DNA from: Terrimicrobiaceae bacterium
GTDB taxonomy: Bacteria > Verrucomicrobiota > Verrucomicrobiia > Chthoniobacterales > Terrimicrobiaceae
DNA length: 64,000 nt
Assembly (NCBI GenBank): GCA_044375555.1
Contig: JBILML010000011.1
Coordinates: forward strand, 6,345-70,344
Direction of reading: 5' to 3'
Part shown: in pieces, positions 37,501 through 44,595 of the stretch
Layout: every line of letters starts with the position of its first letter
How positions within the stretch are numbered: the stretch's first letter is position 1
Made by a program: the position numbers and the translations under genes
The notes under the pieces: model-generated
Database searches by the model: none
Told to the model about the DNA's origin: nothing
Seen by the model: the letters and a program-made list of their open reading frames with translations, nothing else

Positions 37501-39106
37501 CGGGGTAAACTCGATTTCCGTGGGTTCAAACAACGAGTCGAATACCTACTCCGGCATCCTCAGCGGAACAGGTGGTGTAATAAAGTCAGGAAGTGGCACA
37601 TGGACATTGAGTGGCAACAACACCTATACAGGCGCAACCACAATCAGCACCGGCACGCTCACGGTCAGCGGCGGCAGCGCGATTGCGAACACCAGCGCCG
37701 TCTCGGTCGCCAGCGGGGCGGTATTTAATCTCGCCGCCAGCGAAGCGGTGGGCTCGATCGCCGGAGCGGGCAGTGTCATGCTGAATTCCAATACGCTCAC
37801 CGCCGGAGCGGACAACACCAGTAAGACATTCAGCGGATTGATGATCGGCACGGGTGGATTTACCAAATCTGGTTCCGGAACCCTCACCCTCTCCGGCAAC
37901 AACACCTATACCGGCGCGACCACTATCAGCATGGGAACGATTTTGATTTCCTCCACGGGGCTACTCGGCGGCGGCAGTTACTCGGGCAACATCACCAACA
38001 GCGGCACCTTCATCTACTCCGGCACAAACAACCAAACCATTTCCGGAGCAATTACAGGCACCGGCGCCCTCACTCACAACGCCTCCAGCACTCTGAGCCT
38101 CTCGGGCAATAATAGCTACTCCGGGGGCACTACTATAAACACCGGCACTTTTGTGATCGGTCACGCAAACGCCGCCGGCACTGGCACGATCACGCAGACT
38201 GATGGCAATTCGCTGCTGAAAATCGATACCACTGGCACGATCACGAACGCAATGTCGGTCTACAATGTCCTTGCCAGCCAGAGCGCCACCTTGAGCGGCG
38301 CGATCACGGTGAACAACGCCACTTGGGACATCGAAACCGGCGATACGCTCATCATCTCCGGTGACATCAGCGGCACAGGCGGCATCACCAAAAATGGCGC
38401 CGGCACTATGATCCTTAGTGGGTCGAACTCCTACAACAGCACGACCACCGTCAACGCCGGCACGCTCAACGCCGCCAGCGAAGGGGCGCTGGGTGCGAAC
38501 AACACCGTCCAAGTGAACGGCGGCTCACTGCTCGTGAGTGCGAATGGTTCCCTCGACAATAAGTCCGTAACCCTCAACAGCACCAGCACCACGGTGGCGG
38601 GGCTGTCCTTCAGCGGAAACTACAGCGGATTGGTGGATAACTTAACCTTGAGCCGAAACTCCATTATCGACCTGGGAGAAGGGGGCGTAGCCATCATGTT
38701 TGATACCATAGTCATGAACGACTTCACGCTCGATATCTACAACTGGACCGGCACGACGCTGTGGAATGGGGGCACTGGCAACGACACCGACAAAGTTTAT
38801 TTCGGCCCGGATCTTAGCGACGAGGCATTGGCACGAATCTATTTTCACAGCGGTGCCGTGGGCGGAGGTGACAGCTTCCTTGGCAGCGGCTTCGACCTCG
38901 GTCTTCAGCAAACTAGCTGGGATTCCAGTTTGGATGGCTATCACATCATCCCCGTGCCAGAGCCGGAAACCTGGGCCACCGGCTTCCTTCTCCTCCTCGG
39001 CGGCGCTTGGTTTATGTGGAAGCGAAATCGAAAATCGGAGGGCTTGATTCTTGTAGCAAAGGCACTCCTCTGCCGTGCCGAGGCAAAGGGAAATAAACTG
39101 AAGTAG
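34553..39106 (+). CDS. Giant surface protein: autotransporter-associated beta-strand (PATR) repeats with a C-terminal PEP-CTERM sorting signal
   Basis: The start is set at the ATG at 34553 (MVFTFGLRVLKQVVTILLMGGSLTSASAQ, a signal peptide). The block GxLTLSGNNTYTGATTI(N/S)xGTL recurs many times. The C-terminus is IPVPEPETWATGFLLLLGGAWFMWKRNRK, which is PEP, a TM helix and a basic tail. The last about 20 codons read into a REP-like unit. Confidence 0.85.
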   Translation: MVFTFGLRVLKQVVTILLMGGSLTSASAQTWLVNLNDAAGYRGASQNGTDANGNLWNNINPWGWVGIQTTFGTSSGNFRGNLLGTSAGVDSFNGPLGSNVSNPLTQAQVDSVVIDSAALGLLGGSKAAAAGYASSNATNGWNFYLGNLNSNLTYDVSFYGANRWGGTSVYSAFSGSNFTTQIQSISLNVGGSGVYNSNQTATLTGLRTVATQDSSQGLHLRMTGSSNGTSGYVNAMLLYGYIGYLDGSSTTLNGAPAAGYIGNGNYTNGDSRSLDTVIGGGSSLTVNSSDGIFYNSTVIIRAGGATINVGGNFTAYALSGSGNLTVGGVNQWTISNSGNYSGNLTLSGAKLQLSANGSLGTGNLSLAGGELRIGSSNALGSGSISINSGVTTLVNYNGLTALTGNNPIFFNGGGTLLVNGSSQILSLGSGNVVVTGSNTLNASSGGMRFEGIISGVGSLNWQGNGTLALRGTNTFNGNITTNAGTLEIGGAGLLGSGNYSGAISNSGNFIYASTANQTLSGIISGTGVLTKNASSTLTLSGNNTYTGATTINAGTIEIGASGRLGAGTYAQNITNNGTIIYSGTNAQTFSGVISGTGNLIQNASSTLTLSAENTFSGGVTINSGTLEVSGGNALNNTTVVTVASGGTFLVTTKEQINGLAGAGNVSVGTAGLTISTGTPTTSTFSGVLSGSGTLDFFTVSGGEINLAGDNTATSFTNLNGGNLRLSHVDAAKNLTLNLYGTSGKQLLFAAGNSTYNIGAFAAAAFAIDLGGNTISIGSKNVASTISGNLTGTGGGITKVGTAALTLSGSNSYTGGTTLSAGTLNIGHASALSTGAFVIANGTTLDNTSGGALTLAGNNPVTIGGTMIFGGANDLNLGTGAVSRSGALVFNINTNKTLTIGGAIGGASNVNFYAGAGGTLELAGANTLTGYFNVDGGNLKLSNVNALQNANFNPYGASASVEFGVAGANNYQIGMLVSSKAINLGVNSISVGSNNESNTYSGILSGTGGVIKSGSGTWTLSGNNTYTGATTISTGTLTVSGGSAIANTSAVSVASGAVFNLAASEAVGSIAGAGSVMLNSNTLTAGADNTSKTFSGLMIGTGGFTKSGSGTLTLSGNNTYTGATTISMGTILISSTGLLGGGSYSGNITNSGTFIYSGTNNQTISGAITGTGALTHNASSTLSLSGNNSYSGGTTINTGTFVIGHANAAGTGTITQTDGNSLLKIDTTGTITNAMSVYNVLASQSATLSGAITVNNATWDIETGDTLIISGDISGTGGITKNGAGTMILSGSNSYNSTTTVNAGTLNAASEGALGANNTVQVNGGSLLVSANGSLDNKSVTLNSTSTTVAGLSFSGNYSGLVDNLTLSRNSIIDLGEGGVAIMFDTIVMNDFTLDIYNWTGTTLWNGGTGNDTDKVYFGPDLSDEALARIYFHSGAVGGGDSFLGSGFDLGLQQTSWDSSLDGYHIIPVPEPETWATGFLLLLGGAWFMWKRNRKSEGLILVAKALLCRAEAKGNKLK
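39051..39076 (+). repeat. REP-like unit, family A (third copy, 24/26 match)
   Basis: ttgtagcaaaggcactcctctgccgt compares with ttgtagcaacggcagtcctctgccgt at 14009. It lies within the 3' end of the giant ORF, after the PEP-CTERM signal. Confidence 0.65.
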
Positions 39107-39278
39107 AATTTGGGGGAAGAGCCCTGCGGTGTTAAACATCAGCAGGGCCGCCGCTGCGGTCTATCCGGGGAGAATGGCCGTAGCGGTCCCCGCTTTTCAA
39201 TCAACATCATTAATCACCATGAGGTAATCGGTGCGCGTGACTCCTTCTTGTTGATATTGCCGGGGGAGGTGTTCCGGG

Positions 39279-39448
39279 GGGAACTTTTTTTACTTTGCGG
39301 CTTTGGGTTTCGCGGCGCCGATCGAGAGACGGATCGACTGGGGCTTGCCCCACTGGCGGCCTTTGAGGTCCACGCGCCAGAGGTTTTCCCCGAGGGACTC
39401 AACGGCGGTGACTTCGCAATTTTCGGCGCCCTCTGCGGCAAGGGGCTT
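39279..39448 (+). repeat. 170-bp direct repeat R2 (right boundary of the glycan island; 3' end of the intact GH36-like gene plus 11 bp downstream)
   Basis: See R1 (21453-21622). Confidence 0.9.
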
Positions 39449-41656
39449 CGCGCTGTGGAAGGTCAGGCTGCCATCTTGCGCGCCGGCGTCGGTGAGTAGG
39501 ACCTCGACACGCTCCGGAGAGGTGCGGATGTCCTTGATCTCGGTGGCGCCGATGGAGAGGTGGAGGTTCGAGCCGACGAGCAGGGGCCGGTCGGAATTCA
39601 ACGGCGTGAAACGCAGGAGAGCCGACGCGAGGTATTCGAGCGGCTGGGTGGTGAAGGTGTCCTTCGCGCGGGCGACGACTTTGTTTTCCCAGAAATCAAA
39701 GACGGCGCATTCGACCCCGGGAGGCACCCCGACGGACGCGAAGTTGAGGTTGATGGCTTGCTGGCCTTTGCTCGAGTTGTAGAGGTTGAAGACCGAGAAG
39801 TCTCCGAAGGGGCGTTGCGCACTGAAGCCGAAAATGCCATTGCCGGCCGAGGTGCCCAGGGTCCAGAGGCGGGCTGGTTCGGCGCTCGCGGGGCGCATGA
39901 TTTCAAATGCGCGCCAGGCGGCTTTGGAATCCTCGGTTTGCAGCGGCTCGCTGATCATGGCGGTTCCGCCGACGAGTGTGGTGATTGCGTGCCAAGTGCG
40001 CCACATCCCTTCGTGTGGTGCCTCGCTATTTTCGCCGCCCCGGACGCATCCCAGCTCACGGCTGGGGAGTTCGGTGGCGATGTAGGAAACATCCGGATCG
40101 TTCTGCCACCAGACATTGTCATAGATCTGGAAGCGCAGGACGGATTTGAGGCATTTGTCGAAGTGGGCCGGGTGCGAGTCCGGGCCGACGCGGGCGGCAT
40201 CAATGAAGCCGATCACTCCACGAGTCGGTTGACCGAGGCAGGAGAGGATATACATCTCCTCACCAGCGGCTTCGCGATACAGGGTGTAAAGATCTCGGAA
40301 GATTTGAAGGCTTGTCTTCGTGGGATCGGTGAAGCGGGAGCCAATGCCATTAAAGTCGATCTTGATGTAGCCGTAGCCACGGTCGCGGGCGTCCTTGATG
40401 ATGTTATAGAGGAACTTCTTCGACTCCGGATGATCGGGCACAATCCAGTTCGCGCCATCGGGGTGGAAGGGGTTCGCGTTCATGAAGCTCGCAATGCCAT
40501 CGGCGTTCTTTTGGATTGCCTCGGGATTTTCCTTCATCCAGGGATGCTCGGGGTTGATCATGAGCGGAGCGAACCACACGCCGGGCAGCCAGCCCTTGGC
40601 GCGGATGTCCTTCGCCATAGTCGCCATGCCGGAGGGGAATTTCGCATTTCCGCGCCAGTCGCCGTCCATGATTTGATAGCCATCATCGATCTGCAAAACG
40701 CCTTTGCCGAAGACATTGGGATTGGAGGCGAGAATGTCCAAAACCTCGCGGGTGTGCTTTTCGTCGATTTTCGTGGTGCGGTCATACCAACTGCACCAGC
40801 CGTAAACGGGGCCTCGGTGAAGGCGGGCGCCGTGGGTGGCGGCGACCCAGCGGGTCCAGATGTTCGTGGCAGTGGCTGGGGAGTCGAAGCAAACCATCAT
40901 CGGCTCGCCACGGCGGCTTTCGCCAGCGCGAACGAGGACGCCTTCCATCTTGGCGTAGGCTTTGAAACCTCCCTCGCGGAAGTCAATTTCGGTGTAAGCC
41001 TCTGGAGGTCCAGTGGGTCCGATCAAGAATCCGGCGCCTTTGTTATAAATTAATACCGCTTCGCGGAAGGAAGTCTGCAGCGAGTTCATCATCTCGGCGG
41101 GTTTGTCCTCCATCAACGGCGTCACCAGCCATTGATTCGGGGCGTCCACGACGAAACGCCCGCCGGAGTAAGTGCTCAAAAGCTCGATGTAGTTCAGATT
41201 CGCATTCTTCGAGCTACGGTTATGAAAAACCCCCTCGAGCGCGATTGTTTTACTTTCTTTCAAAATCTTCAGCGTGATCGTGTAAGCAAGTTCTCCGCCG
41301 GGCTTTTGATAGGTCACGGATTTGGCCATCGACAGGCCCATCGGTGTGTCCAGATCGCGCCATTCGGAGACGGATTCCACTGAGTCGAGATCGCTGGAGA
41401 TACTGGTGTGCTGACCATCGACGAGCGCACGAACCGACGTGCCAAAGGAGAATTCTTTGACGCCCGGAGCGTTCACGAGGATTTGCTTGTGGTCCGGTGA
41501 AAACCGGGCGAGCGGCTGAGGTTGTTCCTCAGGTTCGGGTTGTTGGTCTTCCTTGTCGTCGTCGGCAATAGCGCTCATGGCAAAACAGGGGAGCATGGCC
41601 AGTGCGAGGGTTCGAGTAGCCCATTTTCTCATGATGGAGTTGGTTTTTTTGATCAT
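39290..41656 (-). CDS. Clan GH-D glycoside hydrolase, GH36-like (alpha-galactosidase/melibiase-type), exported
   Basis: A signal peptide is present. The core blocks are YGWCSWYDRTTKIDEKH, GVLQIDDGYQIMDGDWRGNAKFPSGM, GWLPGVWFAPL and GYGYIKIDFNG (nucleophile Asp region). The protein is 788 aa long. Confidence 0.75.
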   Translation of the reverse strand: MIKKTNSIMRKWATRTLALAMLPCFAMSAIADDDKEDQQPEPEEQPQPLARFSPDHKQILVNAPGVKEFSFGTSVRALVDGQHTSISSDLDSVESVSEWRDLDTPMGLSMAKSVTYQKPGGELAYTITLKILKESKTIALEGVFHNRSSKNANLNYIELLSTYSGGRFVVDAPNQWLVTPLMEDKPAEMMNSLQTSFREAVLIYNKGAGFLIGPTGPPEAYTEIDFREGGFKAYAKMEGVLVRAGESRRGEPMMVCFDSPATATNIWTRWVAATHGARLHRGPVYGWCSWYDRTTKIDEKHTREVLDILASNPNVFGKGVLQIDDGYQIMDGDWRGNAKFPSGMATMAKDIRAKGWLPGVWFAPLMINPEHPWMKENPEAIQKNADGIASFMNANPFHPDGANWIVPDHPESKKFLYNIIKDARDRGYGYIKIDFNGIGSRFTDPTKTSLQIFRDLYTLYREAAGEEMYILSCLGQPTRGVIGFIDAARVGPDSHPAHFDKCLKSVLRFQIYDNVWWQNDPDVSYIATELPSRELGCVRGGENSEAPHEGMWRTWHAITTLVGGTAMISEPLQTEDSKAAWRAFEIMRPASAEPARLWTLGTSAGNGIFGFSAQRPFGDFSVFNLYNSSKGQQAINLNFASVGVPPGVECAVFDFWENKVVARAKDTFTTQPLEYLASALLRFTPLNSDRPLLVGSNLHLSIGATEIKDIRTSPERVEVLLTDAGAQDGSLTFHSAKPLAAEGAENCEVTAVESLGENLWRVDLKGRQWGKPQSIRLSIGAAKPKAAK

Positions 41657-41795
41657 GGTTTTGGTTTGGTTAGGAGTTTACCGAGTCGACTCCCGAGGGA
41701 GCAGGTCCTGTGAAGGGTCGGAGATTCAAACAAGGTGAATCCCCGATGGGAACAAAAAAGGGCGATGATTTTCCCGCAGCGGCGCGGGCCGTTTC

Positions 41796-43517
41796 TCAGG
41801 GCAGCGGGAAACGCGAAGTGAAGGCGAGGACCTCTTTGCGCAAGGCGGCGAGGGCGCCTTCGTCATGGCGCTTCTTGAGCGCGCCATCGATGAAGTCGGC
41901 AACCTGCATCATGTCGTCCTCGCGGAGGCCTCGGGTGGTCATGGCCGGGGTGCCGATGCGGATGCCGCCGGTTTTCATGATCGACTCGGTGTCGAACGGG
42001 ATGGCGTTTTTGTTCACCGTGATGGCGGCCTTGTCCAAAACCTCGGAGGCCTCGGCGCCAGTGATGCCGGCAGGGCGGAGGTCGACGAGCATGACATGGT
42101 TATCGGTGCCGCCCGAGACGATGCGGTGGCCGACTTTGGAGAGACGCGCGGCGAGAGCCTTGGCGTTGCTCACGACCTGACGGGCGTAGTCTTTGAAATC
42201 CGGACGCAGCGCCTCGTGGAAGCACACGGCCTTCGCGGCGATGACATGCATGAGCGGGCCGCCTTGGACTCCCGGGAAGGTCTGGGCGTCGATTTTTTTG
42301 GCAAACTGCTCCTTGCACATGACCAGACCGGCGCGGGGGCCGCGCAGGCTTTTGTGCGTGGTGGTGGTGACGAAGTCGGCGTGAGGGAAGGGCGAGGGAT
42401 GCACACCACCGGCGACGAGGCCCGAGATGTGGGCCATGTCCACGAAAAGGTAGGCGCCGACGGAATCGGCGATCTCCCGCATGCGCTGGAAATCGATGAT
42501 TCGCGGGTAGGCCGAGGCGCCGGCGGTGATCATTTTCGGACGGACCTCTTCGGCTTGGCGCGCGAGGGCGTCGTAGTCGATCATCTCGGTCTCGCGGCTC
42601 ACGCCGTAGTGGGAAACCTCGTAGAGTTTGCCCGAGAAATTCGCCTTGTGGCCGTGAGTGAGGTGGCCGCCGTGGGCGAGGTCCATGGTGAGGATTTTGT
42701 CGCCGGGGGTCAGGACGCTGAAATAAACGGCCATGTTCGCCTGACTGCCGCTGTGTGGTTGGACATTGGCGTGCTCGGCGCCGAAGAGCTTCTTCGCGCG
42801 GTCGATCGCCAGAGTTTCCACGATGTCCACATACTCGCAACCTCCATACCAGCGTTTGCCGGGATAGCCCTCGGCGTATTTGTTGGTGAGGCAGGAACCC
42901 TGCGCCTCCATCACAGCGCGGCTTGTGAAATTCTCGCTCGCGATCAGCTCGATGTGCTCAAACTGGCGGCGGTGTTCCTTCTCAATCGCGGCGGCGATCT
43001 CGGGGTCGGTTTCAGCGAGGGCGGAGGCATCGGGGCGGGCGTCGAGTGTGGATGGCATGGGATTTTGGTTGATGATTCTCATTACGGAGGGGAGCGCCTT
43101 TTCGATGCTGCGTTTGCATTCGGCGTAGACCGCGCGGCCTTGTCCGATCGGATCGGGCACATCGGGGCAGCCTTTTTCATCGAAACGCAACAGGCGGACC
43201 TTGTGAATAAATTCGGGGAAAAACAAATCGAGGAGCCGGCGGTGGTCCTCGGTCATCACGAAAATGTGCGTGGACCTTTCGAGGAGTTCCTCAGTCACCG
43301 GCTGGCTGCGGAATTTCGTGAGTTCCACGCCCTCGGCAGCGAGGACATCGACGGCATCTCGGCTGGCCGGCTGGCCCTTCCCGGCGCTGAGGCCGGCGGA
43401 CTCGGTGGTGATGTCGCGCGCGTCGGCGGCGAGCTTACGAAACAGCGCCTCCGCCATCGGACTGCGGCACACATTGCCTGTGCAGACGAAAAGGACATGG
43501 CGGTTTTTCTGACTCAT
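41796..43517 (-). CDS. glyA: Fusion protein: N-terminal low-molecular-weight phosphatase (LMW-PTP/ArsC-like) domain plus full-length serine hydroxymethyltransferase
   Basis: Residues 1-150 read [22 protein letters not shown] (the CX5R(S/T) P-loop) ...DVPDPIG (Asp loop). Residues from about 160 to 573 read [29 protein letters not shown]...[12 protein letters not shown] (PLP Lys). The whole is one uninterrupted frame of 573 codons. Confidence 0.85.
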   Translation of the reverse strand: MSQKNRHVLFVCTGNVCRSPMAEALFRKLAADARDITTESAGLSAGKGQPASRDAVDVLAAEGVELTKFRSQPVTEELLERSTHIFVMTEDHRRLLDLFFPEFIHKVRLLRFDEKGCPDVPDPIGQGRAVYAECKRSIEKALPSVMRIINQNPMPSTLDARPDASALAETDPEIAAAIEKEHRRQFEHIELIASENFTSRAVMEAQGSCLTNKYAEGYPGKRWYGGCEYVDIVETLAIDRAKKLFGAEHANVQPHSGSQANMAVYFSVLTPGDKILTMDLAHGGHLTHGHKANFSGKLYEVSHYGVSRETEMIDYDALARQAEEVRPKMITAGASAYPRIIDFQRMREIADSVGAYLFVDMAHISGLVAGGVHPSPFPHADFVTTTTHKSLRGPRAGLVMCKEQFAKKIDAQTFPGVQGGPLMHVIAAKAVCFHEALRPDFKDYARQVVSNAKALAARLSKVGHRIVSGGTDNHVMLVDLRPAGITGAEASEVLDKAAITVNKNAIPFDTESIMKTGGIRIGTPAMTTRGLREDDMMQVADFIDGALKKRHDEGALAALRKEVLAFTSRFPLP

Positions 43518-43633
43518 GCGATGCGCGGCACTTTAGTTCGACGCTCAACCAAGTCAACGCGCGGAGTGCGGCGGGGGCATTGCTCCGAAACAAGCGCTTG
43601 AGGGCAAGTGGCGGCGAGCTTATGGATTGATTC

Positions 43634-43834
43634 ATGAAACCCTGCGAATCCACAGAAAATCCAAATTCGCCGCTCGGCGAGGGGACTGTGAACGAGCGGC
43701 ATTTTGCGATGAAGGAGGCTTGGAAAAACAATCCCGGCAATCGCTACACCGCCGAGGAACTCCGTGCCCCGGGTGTTCCTGGCGAGTGGGAGTTGGTCGC
43801 ATCCGCAGAGGTGCATCTTTGGCCGTGCCCGTGA
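43634..43834 (+). CDS. Small hypothetical protein (66 aa), translationally coupled to the downstream gene
   Basis: MKPCESTENPNSPLGEGTVNERHFAMKEAWKNNPGNRYTAEELRAPGVPGEWELVASAEVHLWPCP shows genome-typical codon bias. Its TGA (43832-43834) overlaps the GTG at 43831 of the next ORF (GTGA). Confidence 0.4.
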   Translation: MKPCESTENPNSPLGEGTVNERHFAMKEAWKNNPGNRYTAEELRAPGVPGEWELVASAEVHLWPCP

Positions 43835-44574
43835 ACTCCGAGGCAGTCGATTGGAGTGCCGTGAAGCGTGTTCTGTCGCGGATCGGCGAGATGTCGGGGG
43901 ATTTTTTGGAGGGCAATATCCTGATCGGTGGCGGCGCGGCGTGGTTTTACCGCAGTTTGCTGGAGATCACCAACGATCCCGATTTTCTATTGCCGGCATT
44001 CAGTGACGAGGAGGATAGGATTTGGCTTTCCAAGGATATCGACTTCATCGGCACGAAAAGGGAGGAGATCGCGGGTTGTCTTGGGGTTTCGTGCGAAGGG
44101 GACCCTCCAGCAGCGGTGATTGACGGAATCTGGATCGACTCGCCAAACGAGGGGCTTTTCATCACGAAGGACAGGGCTTTGCCGACTGCACTTCGAACGG
44201 CGTTGCCCAGCGGTGTTGAATTCCTCGTCGCCAGCCCGATCCTCCTGCATCGGGAAAAAACGGAATTGATTTCGAGAAAATCCCGCCCGCAGGACCGCCT
44301 GCACCTTAAAACTCTTTTGCAGGCCTCGAGGTTGGTTCTTTGCCAACTCATGGAGATCGACGCATTCACCAAGGGCTCTTGCCGGGAGTTGTTTCGTTTG
44401 CTCAAGGAAGCCCAGGAAATTTCGCCGGTCATTCTCATCAATCCAGTTCTTCACCGGAGGATGATTGCCGCGATGGCTCGGATGAGAACGGAACCACTTT
44501 GCAGGAGTTGCGTGCATCTATTGGAAAAACAAATTCTGCCCTTGATGGGATCCGCTCCCAACGGTCTTGAGTGA
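43831..44574 (+). CDS. Nucleotidyltransferase-fold protein (DUF6036/AbiEii-like minimal NTase), hypothetical
   Basis: The layout ILIGGGAAWFY ... LSKDIDFIG (G-G-x-A ... D-x-D), plus a later VASPILLHREKTELISRKSRPQDRLHLKTLL block, resembles small NTase-fold families. The start is uncertain (GTG 43831 or ATG 43891). The track ATG at 43627 gives an Arg/Cys-rich N-terminus that looks non-coding. Confidence 0.5.
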   Translation: MNSEAVDWSAVKRVLSRIGEMSGDFLEGNILIGGGAAWFYRSLLEITNDPDFLLPAFSDEEDRIWLSKDIDFIGTKREEIAGCLGVSCEGDPPAAVIDGIWIDSPNEGLFITKDRALPTALRTALPSGVEFLVASPILLHREKTELISRKSRPQDRLHLKTLLQASRLVLCQLMEIDAFTKGSCRELFRLLKEAQEISPVILINPVLHRRMIAAMARMRTEPLCRSCVHLLEKQILPLMGSAPNGLE

Positions 44575-44595
44575 AGGCCTGCGGGAATAATCTTC

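Noticed and set aside
43627-43830. The upstream ATG at 43627 as the start of the 315-aa NTase-fold ORF.
   Set aside because: The first 68 residues are Arg/Cys/Gly-rich and overlap, in another frame, a better-looking 66-aa ORF. The GTGA stop/start overlap at 43831-43834 gives a more economical two-gene model, although this remains uncertain.
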